Source of the DNA: Gemmatimonas sp.
GTDB lineage: Bacteria; Gemmatimonadota; Gemmatimonadetes; Gemmatimonadales; Gemmatimonadaceae
NCBI GenBank assembly: GCA_965279375.1
Contig: OZ257156.1
Span: forward strand, 4,160,001 to 4,224,000
Direction: 5' to 3'
DNA: 64,000 nt
Positions 57,955 to 64,000 of this stretch are shown piece by piece; position 1 is the stretch's first letter, and each line of letters opens with the position of its first letter. The notes beneath the pieces are model-generated. The model worked only from the letters and a program-made list of their open reading frames with translations, had not been told where the DNA came from and ran no database searches. The translations under genes and the position numbers were made by a program.

Positions 57955-60492
57955 ATGTCGTCTCGCCTTGTCCGTCGCTGCGCCATTCTGGCGCCAGCCC
58001 TGCTCTTCCTCGCGCCGACGCTTGCTGCGGCGCAGCGCGGCGTCATCGCCGGGACCGCGACCGCGCGCGAAGGCGGAAAGCCAGTCGCGGCTGCAGTCGT
58101 CACCGTCGTCGGGAACGCAGCCTTGCGATCGGCGAGCGACGTCTCGGGGCGGTTTCGCATCGCGGATGTACCGGTCGGCGCGCAGCGTGTGATCATTCGC
58201 GCGATCGGACTCCTGCCGGAAACGACAACGGTTTCTGTCACTGCGGGTGGTGTCGCCTCGGTCACCTTCTCGCTCCGCCGCTCCCCCACCACGCTCGGCG
58301 CGGTCGCCATCACGGCGCAGAAGCGCACCGAGTCGCTGCAGGATGTTCCGGTGGCCGTTACCGCGTACGACGGTGCATTTCTCACGCAGCAGAACGTTCA
58401 GCAGTTCGACCAGCTGTCCGCATTCGTGCCCGGACTCAATGTGCAGATGCAAAGCCCCAACAATCCGGGCTTCGTCATTCGCGGCATTACGTCGGATGAT
58501 GGCTCGAGCTTCGTGGAGCCACGCGTCTCGGTCTTTCAGGACGGTGTCTCGATTTCCAAGTCGCGTGGATCAGTGGTGGAGCTGTTCGACCTCGAGCGCG
58601 TAGAAGTGCTGAAGGGACCGCAGGGCACGCTGTTCGGCCGCGGCGCGCAGATCGGCGCGGTGCACGTCATCCAGAACAAGGCTGTGAACCGCAAGGAAGC
58701 GTCGCTGGCCATTGGCGGCGGCAACTACAACGAGCTCTATCTGAATGGTGCAGTCAACGCGCCGCTCGTAGAGAACACGCTCTTCGGACGCGTTGCCGTC
58801 ATCTACAACAAGCGCGACGGCTTCATCAAGAACACGGCGGGCGGGACGCTCAACGGCAAGAACACGGCGGCCGTTCGCGCGTCGCTGCGCTGGTTGCCCA
58901 CCAACTCGTCCACTGTTGACCTCATCGTCAACGCGCAGAACGATGACTCGCCGGGCACGTCGTTCAAGAGCAAGCGCTACGCTGCACCGGGCGGTGACAC
59001 GACCGCCTTCGGCATCGCCGGTCTCAACGGCGGTGATTCGCTCAAGATCGACCGACAGGTGGGCGGCGTCACGCTGCTTTGGAACCAGCAGCTCTCGCGC
59101 GCGTGGACCCTGACCTCCACGTCGGCATGGCGTCGCTTCTACTCCGACGAGAACTTCGACGCGGACGGAACGCTCGCCCCGGTGCTCCAGTTCAACGAGA
59201 TCGCGGAAGGCAGCCAGACGAGCCAAGAGTTTCGCTTCAACTACGATCGCGGAGGCAAGCTCACGGCCTTCACCGGCACGAGCCTGTTCTGGGAACAAGG
59301 CAGCCAGCGCGTCCCTTTCCGCACCGACGAACGCAGCCTGTTCGCGCTGCTGAGCCCCAACCTTCGCGCGCTCGGTGTTCCGACCATTCCACTGGTGAAC
59401 CCGGATGGCTCTCCGAATTTCGCCGTCACGAACAATCCACTGACCGGGCGCCCGCTCAAGACGCAGCACTCGGAACAGTACCAGAACTTCGGTAAGACGA
59501 CGGCCGCCGAAGTCTTCGTTGATGCGACGTACAAGCCCATCGCACAGTTGAGCCTCACCGCGGGCGCCCGCGGCACATACGAGGAGGTCGACAACGGCTA
59601 CGAGGTCACGAACAGCGCGACACCGGGTTCACTGGGCGCACTGCTCGGCGCGGGCGTGAACGATCTCTTCGCCCCCACCAACGGACGCAAGCGTGGCAGC
59701 GGTGTGTTTCGCTCTGCCGTCGGCCGCGCGATCGCCAGCTACGACTTCGGCAATGGCTTCCTCGGCTTTGGCAGCGTGTCCAAGGGTCGTCGCCCGAACG
59801 TCGTGGCGGTCACCGCCGCCGGTGCGCGCACGCTGAACGAAGAGACTGTGTGGAGCTATGAGGGAGGCCTCAAGGGACAAGCCTTGAACAGTCGCATTCA
59901 GTTCGATGCCAATGCGTTCCAGTACCGCTACCGCAACTTCCAGACGTCCATCACGCGACTCACCGCTACCGGCGTGCAGAACGTGACGCTGGATGCCGGC
60001 AGTGCCAAGTCGTGGGGCATCGAAGGCAGCGTGCGCGGTCAGGTCACCTCGACGATCTCGGCCTTCGCCACCTACGGCTACACCGACGCCAAGTTCGACT
60101 CGCTCGACTCGCAGGGCAACAAGCAGGCGCGTGCCGGCAACCGCTTCCGACTCACCCCGATGCACTCGTACAGCGGCGGGTTGAACATCTCGAGCACCGA
60201 GAGCTCGGCGGGCCGCTTCTACGTCGCGCCGAATGTGACCTATCGCGGCAAGGTGTTCTTTGAAGACACCAACCTGCCGGCGATCTCGGAGAAGGGCGTG
60301 CTTCTCGTTAACGCGCGGGCCGGCTACGTGCTGCCGGGCAATCGCACCGAGTTGACCATCATCGCGCGGAATCTGCTCGACAAGCAGTACATCATCGACG
60401 CAGGCAACACCGGCGGCGCATTCGGTATCCCCAGCTTCATCGCTGGCTCGCCGCGCTTCATCTCCGTCCAGCTCTCGCGAAGCTTCCGATAG
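57955..60492 (+). CDS. TonB-dependent receptor
   Basis: ITAQKRTESLQDVPVAVT, IRGI, DLERVEVLKGPQGTLFGR, SYEGGLKG, NLLDKQY. Confidence 0.95.
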   Translation: MSSRLVRRCAILAPALLFLAPTLAAAQRGVIAGTATAREGGKPVAAAVVTVVGNAALRSASDVSGRFRIADVPVGAQRVIIRAIGLLPETTTVSVTAGGVASVTFSLRRSPTTLGAVAITAQKRTESLQDVPVAVTAYDGAFLTQQNVQQFDQLSAFVPGLNVQMQSPNNPGFVIRGITSDDGSSFVEPRVSVFQDGVSISKSRGSVVELFDLERVEVLKGPQGTLFGRGAQIGAVHVIQNKAVNRKEASLAIGGGNYNELYLNGAVNAPLVENTLFGRVAVIYNKRDGFIKNTAGGTLNGKNTAAVRASLRWLPTNSSTVDLIVNAQNDDSPGTSFKSKRYAAPGGDTTAFGIAGLNGGDSLKIDRQVGGVTLLWNQQLSRAWTLTSTSAWRRFYSDENFDADGTLAPVLQFNEIAEGSQTSQEFRFNYDRGGKLTAFTGTSLFWEQGSQRVPFRTDERSLFALLSPNLRALGVPTIPLVNPDGSPNFAVTNNPLTGRPLKTQHSEQYQNFGKTTAAEVFVDATYKPIAQLSLTAGARGTYEEVDNGYEVTNSATPGSLGALLGAGVNDLFAPTNGRKRGSGVFRSAVGRAIASYDFGNGFLGFGSVSKGRRPNVVAVTAAGARTLNEETVWSYEGGLKGQALNSRIQFDANAFQYRYRNFQTSITRLTATGVQNVTLDAGSAKSWGIEGSVRGQVTSTISAFATYGYTDAKFDSLDSQGNKQARAGNRFRLTPMHSYSGGLNISSTESSAGRFYVAPNVTYRGKVFFEDTNLPAISEKGVLLVNARAGYVLPGNRTELTIIARNLLDKQYIIDAGNTGGAFGIPSFIAGSPRFISVQLSRSFR

Positions 60493-60502
60493 CCGGTAGC
60501 GA

Positions 60503-60530
60503 CGCAGCCGCGGATTCGTCCGCGGCTGCG
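60503..60530. terminator. Perfect hairpin between convergent genes
   Basis: CGCAGCCGCGGA-ttcg-TCCGCGGCTGCG, 12-bp stem, no U-tract. Confidence 0.6.
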
Positions 60531-60558
60531 CGACGGCAGTTCATCAAACGGCGACGTC

Positions 60559-61755
60559 CTACTTCTTGGCGTCGCCGTTTGGCGTCTTCTCCTTCTTGGA
60601 CGCGACGACGCGCACGGACGCCCCATCGAACACGGCGTCTCCCGGATTGACCACGAGCTGATCGCCCGACGAGAGTCCGGTTAGCGCTTCGATCTGCGTG
60701 CCGAAGTCGCGGCCGAGCGTAATCGCCGTCATGTGCACCTTGCCATCGCGCACGACTGCCACCTGCGGGCCGTCTGCGCGAATGACCAGCGTATTGGCCG
60801 GGATGACCAGCGAGGGCTTCGTGCGCGGCGTCGTGATCTTCACCTGCGCGTACATCCCCGGCATCAGCTGTCCCGACGAGTTGACCACCAGTATCGACGT
60901 GAGCAGCGTGCGCGTTGCCGGATCGATCGCCTGCGCGGTGCGCGAAACGCGACCATGAAACGCCTTGCTCCCGAGCTCCTGGACGAACACGTCCACCTCC
61001 TGCCCAACGCGAATGCCCGGCGCGGCATCCTGTGGCACGTTCGTCAGCACGCGCAGCGTATCCACCTGCGAAATCGTGAACAGCGGACGCGCACCCGTGG
61101 CGACGTTTGGTGACACGAGTACGCCGACATCGATTCCGCGTTGCGTGACCACGCCGGCGAACGGTGCGACGATGTTCGCGAATCCCTTGAGTGCGACAAG
61201 TCGATCGACGCTCGCTTGCGACGCGTTCACGTTGGCGCGCGACACATTGAACGCCGCCTGCTTCTCGTCGAATTCCTGCTTGGTGGCCACGCCTGCGTCG
61301 GCCATGCTGCGCCAGCGATCGAGTGTAGTGCGCGTCAGCTCGCTGGTCGCCTGCACCTGCGCCAGCGTGGCTCGCGCGACGCTCAGTTCCTGATCGAGCT
61401 CCGGCGTCTCAATACGCGCCAGCGACTGTCCCGCCGACACGCGCATGCCGATGTCCGCCGTGAACTTGGCGACATATCCGTTCGACCGGGCGTAGATGCC
61501 AGCTTCGTGCAGGCCGAGCAGCGTCGCGGGTAGCGTCAGCTCGACGTTCGACTTCCCTTCAGCAACCGGAATCACAGTCACCGTTGGCGTGGCCGTGGCC
61601 GCATTGGACTCGGCGACGACACGACGCCCGCGCGCGAGCCGCGGAATGATGCCAGCGGCCGCCAGTCCGCCAAACAGCAGGACGGCGCCGATGACGAGAC
61701 CTCGGGAGCCGCGGGACGGCGTGTCGTGCACGACGTTCTTGATCGGAGTAGTCAT
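60559..61755 (-). CDS. RND efflux periplasmic adaptor subunit
   Basis: IYARSNGYV, DIG.RV..GQ.LA, IVAPFAGVVT.R, IDPATRT, LMPGMY. Confidence 0.93.
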   Translation of the reverse strand: MTTPIKNVVHDTPSRGSRGLVIGAVLLFGGLAAAGIIPRLARGRRVVAESNAATATPTVTVIPVAEGKSNVELTLPATLLGLHEAGIYARSNGYVAKFTADIGMRVSAGQSLARIETPELDQELSVARATLAQVQATSELTRTTLDRWRSMADAGVATKQEFDEKQAAFNVSRANVNASQASVDRLVALKGFANIVAPFAGVVTQRGIDVGVLVSPNVATGARPLFTISQVDTLRVLTNVPQDAAPGIRVGQEVDVFVQELGSKAFHGRVSRTAQAIDPATRTLLTSILVVNSSGQLMPGMYAQVKITTPRTKPSLVIPANTLVIRADGPQVAVVRDGKVHMTAITLGRDFGTQIEALTGLSSGDQLVVNPGDAVFDGASVRVVASKKEKTPNGDAKK

Positions 61756-64000
61756 GCGGCGAGTCCAGGAGTCTGGGCTGTATGCGTCGATGCGTCAGGC
61801 TGCGAAGAAGCGCGAAGCGCTGCGTACACCAAGGGAACGATGAACAGCGTCGTGACCGTCGCCACGGCGAGACCGCCGATGACCACCCGACCGAGCGGTG
61901 CATTCTGCTCACCGCCTTCGCCGAGTCCGAAGGCCATCGGGAGCATGCCGACGATCATCGCGAAAGCCGTCATGATTACAGGACGTAGCCGAGTGAAGCC
62001 CGCCTCGAGCGCAGCGTCATGCGCCGTGGCGCCCGCGCGACGCCGTTCGTTTGCAAAGGAGACGATGAGGATGCTGTTGGCGGTCGCGACGCCGATGCTC
62101 ATGATCGCGCCCATCAGCGACGGGACGCTCAGTGTGGTCTGCGTCGAGAACAGCGCCCACACGATGCCGGCCAAGGCACCGGGCAGCGCGGTGATGATGA
62201 TCAGCGGATCGAGCCACGACTGGAAGTTCACGACCATCAGCAAGTAGACGAGCAGCACAGCGAACGCGAGTCCAAGTCCCAGGCCCGAAAACGAACTCCG
62301 CATGCTGGCCACCTGTCCGCGCATGCTGATCGTGGTGCCGCGCGGGAGGTCGCCGCTCACCTCAGCGATGATCTTATCCACGTCGCGCGCGACAGCACCA
62401 AGATCACGGTCCTGCACGTTGGCGTACACGTCGTACACCGGTTGCACGTCACGATGACTGATCACGCCGGCGCCGAAGCGACGCGACACGCGCGCCATGT
62501 TCTCGATCAGTTGCGGTGTGCCCGTGCCACCCGCCGCCGGAATGACTGGCGTGCTCACGACGGACTCCAGAGTGCCGAGTCGATACTGTGGTGTCTGCAC
62601 ATTAACGGCGTACTGCACGCCGTTCTGCGGATTGAGCCAGAAGTTGGGAGACGTCTGCCCGCTGCTCGCCAGCGACACCAGCAGGTTGTTGGCCACTTCG
62701 CGCTGTGTCAGCCCAAGCCCCGACGCTCGGTCGCGATCGACCGTCAGATAGAGTTCCGGCGCGTTCGTGACCTGATGCACGTACACATCGACAGCGCCCG
62801 GCACACGCTTCATGCGCGTCGCGAGCTGCTTGGCGATCTCGTAGTTCTTCGCGCGATTCGATCCGGCCACCTGCACATTGATCGGGGCGGGGAGACCGAA
62901 GTTCAGAATCTGGCCGACGATGTCTGCCGCTTGAAAGAAGATGGTGACATCGGGAAAGTCGTCGCGCAGACGACGCCGCAATTCGCGGCGATAGTCCGCC
63001 ACCGAGCCGGTGTGGTGTTCCGACAGGGCGATGAGAATGTCGCCATCGGTGTTGCCGATCGTGGGATTGTCGCTGAGCGCCAGATTTGTCGCACCCGATG
63101 TCGCCAACCCGATGTTATCGAGAATCATCGCCAGCTCGCTCGGCGGGATGACCTCGCGAATGCGTGCCTCGACAGCCGCGACGATCTTTTCCGTTTCTTC
63201 CACGCGCGTGCCCGTCGGCGCACGCAGGTGCAGTCGAATCTGCCCGGCGTCGACCGCCGGAAAGAAGTCCTCGCCCAAAAACGGAATCAGCGCACACGAC
63301 GCCAGCACGCCGACGGTGAACCACGTCAGCACGGTCGCGCGTCGCGCAAGCGCTCGCTCCAGCATGCGCTGGTAGCCGGCGCGAGCGCGCTCGAACGCCG
63401 CATCGAACCTGAGATGCACGCGCTCGATCGGACCGGGCGCGCCATGGTGGCGCTCCTCGTACTCGAGGGCGTAACGCACCAGCGTGGGCACCAACGTCCG
63501 CGAGATCACATACGACGCGAGCATCGCGAACACGACCGCCATCGCCAGCGGCGCGAAGAGCGATCCCGCCGCGCCGCCCAGGAAGAACACCGGCACGAAC
63601 ACGATGCAGATGGCCAGCGTGGACACAAGCGTCGGGATGGCGATCTGCTGCGCACCGTCGAGAATGGCCTGCTCAATGCCGGTGCCGTCCTGCATGCGAC
63701 GGTGAATGTTCTCGATACCCACCGTCGCATCGTCGACGAGCACGCCGACGGCCAGCGCCAAGCCGCCCAGCGTCATCACGTTGAGGCTTTGCTTGAGCGC
63801 GCTCAGGATGATGATCGAGCTGAGAATCGAGAGCGGAATGGAGAGCGCGACGATCAAGGTGGAGCGCCAGCTGCCCAGGAAAATCAGGATCATGGCGGCG
63901 GTGAGACACGCGGCCAGCAGCGCCTCTCGCACGACACCGTTCAGTGCGCCCTTCACGAACAGCGATTGGTCGGCGAGCAGGTCGACCTTGAGCTCGGGCG
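61752..64000 (-). CDS. RND efflux permease subunit (5' end beyond the right edge)
   Basis: FLGSWRST, LNVMTLGGLALAVG.LVDDA..ENI, RLRPVIMT, PLGRVVIGGL. Confidence 0.95.
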   Translation of the reverse strand, partial: PELKVDLLADQSLFVKGALNGVVREALLAACLTAAMILIFLGSWRSTLIVALSIPLSILSSIIILSALKQSLNVMTLGGLALAVGVLVDDATVGIENIHRRMQDGTGIEQAILDGAQQIAIPTLVSTLAICIVFVPVFFLGGAAGSLFAPLAMAVVFAMLASYVISRTLVPTLVRYALEYEERHHGAPGPIERVHLRFDAAFERARAGYQRMLERALARRATVLTWFTVGVLASCALIPFLGEDFFPAVDAGQIRLHLRAPTGTRVEETEKIVAAVEARIREVIPPSELAMILDNIGLATSGATNLALSDNPTIGNTDGDILIALSEHHTGSVADYRRELRRRLRDDFPDVTIFFQAADIVGQILNFGLPAPINVQVAGSNRAKNYEIAKQLATRMKRVPGAVDVYVHQVTNAPELYLTVDRDRASGLGLTQREVANNLLVSLASSGQTSPNFWLNPQNGVQYAVNVQTPQYRLGTLESVVSTPVIPAAGGTGTPQLIENMARVSRRFGAGVISHRDVQPVYDVYANVQDRDLGAVARDVDKIIAEVSGDLPRGTTISMRGQVASMRSSFSGLGLGLAFAVLLVYLLMVVNFQSWLDPLIIITALPGALAGIVWALFSTQTTLSVPSLMGAIMSIGVATANSILIVSFANERRRAGATAHDAALEAGFTRLRPVIMTAFAMIVGMLPMAFGLGEGGEQNAPLGRVVIGGLAVATVTTLFIVPLVYAALRASSQPDASTHTAQTPGLAA

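Noticed and set aside
1..64000. CRISPR array, tRNA/rRNA, IS/integrase/prophage, defence systems
   Set aside because: I saw no regularly spaced repeats, cloverleaf signatures or such protein motifs by eye.

Overview
High-GC, gene-dense chromosomal window. Its gene content (SusC/SusD pair, PEP-CTERM protein, Ig-like lipoproteins, DUF5916, ALDH16-deoC) suggests a Gemmatimonadota-like bacterium; this is inference only. It holds about 43 CDSs. Two run off the window edges: a heparinase II/III-like lyase on the left, which the ORF track misses, and an RND permease on the right. I saw no rRNA, tRNA, CRISPR array, transposase or phage genes. Most genes are housekeeping, envelope or peptide/glycan-scavenging genes. 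Best candidates for undescribed biology: (1) a four-gene redox cluster at 45367-47635, made of a four-His cytochrome b561-like membrane protein, a DUF6644-like membrane protein and two Tat-exported Rieske proteins, behind an ECF-type promoter; (2) a lipoprotein at 56413-57795 that fuses a c-type heme domain to a PHM/DBH-type dicopper monooxygenase with all six Cu ligands, flanked by two outer-membrane proteins; (3) a ~160-nt switch-like structured intergenic element at 33538-33699; (4) an Ig-repeat surface protein with a ZU5/HF(S/T) autoproteolysis-like site. Family assignments come from motif recognition by eye, not from database searches.
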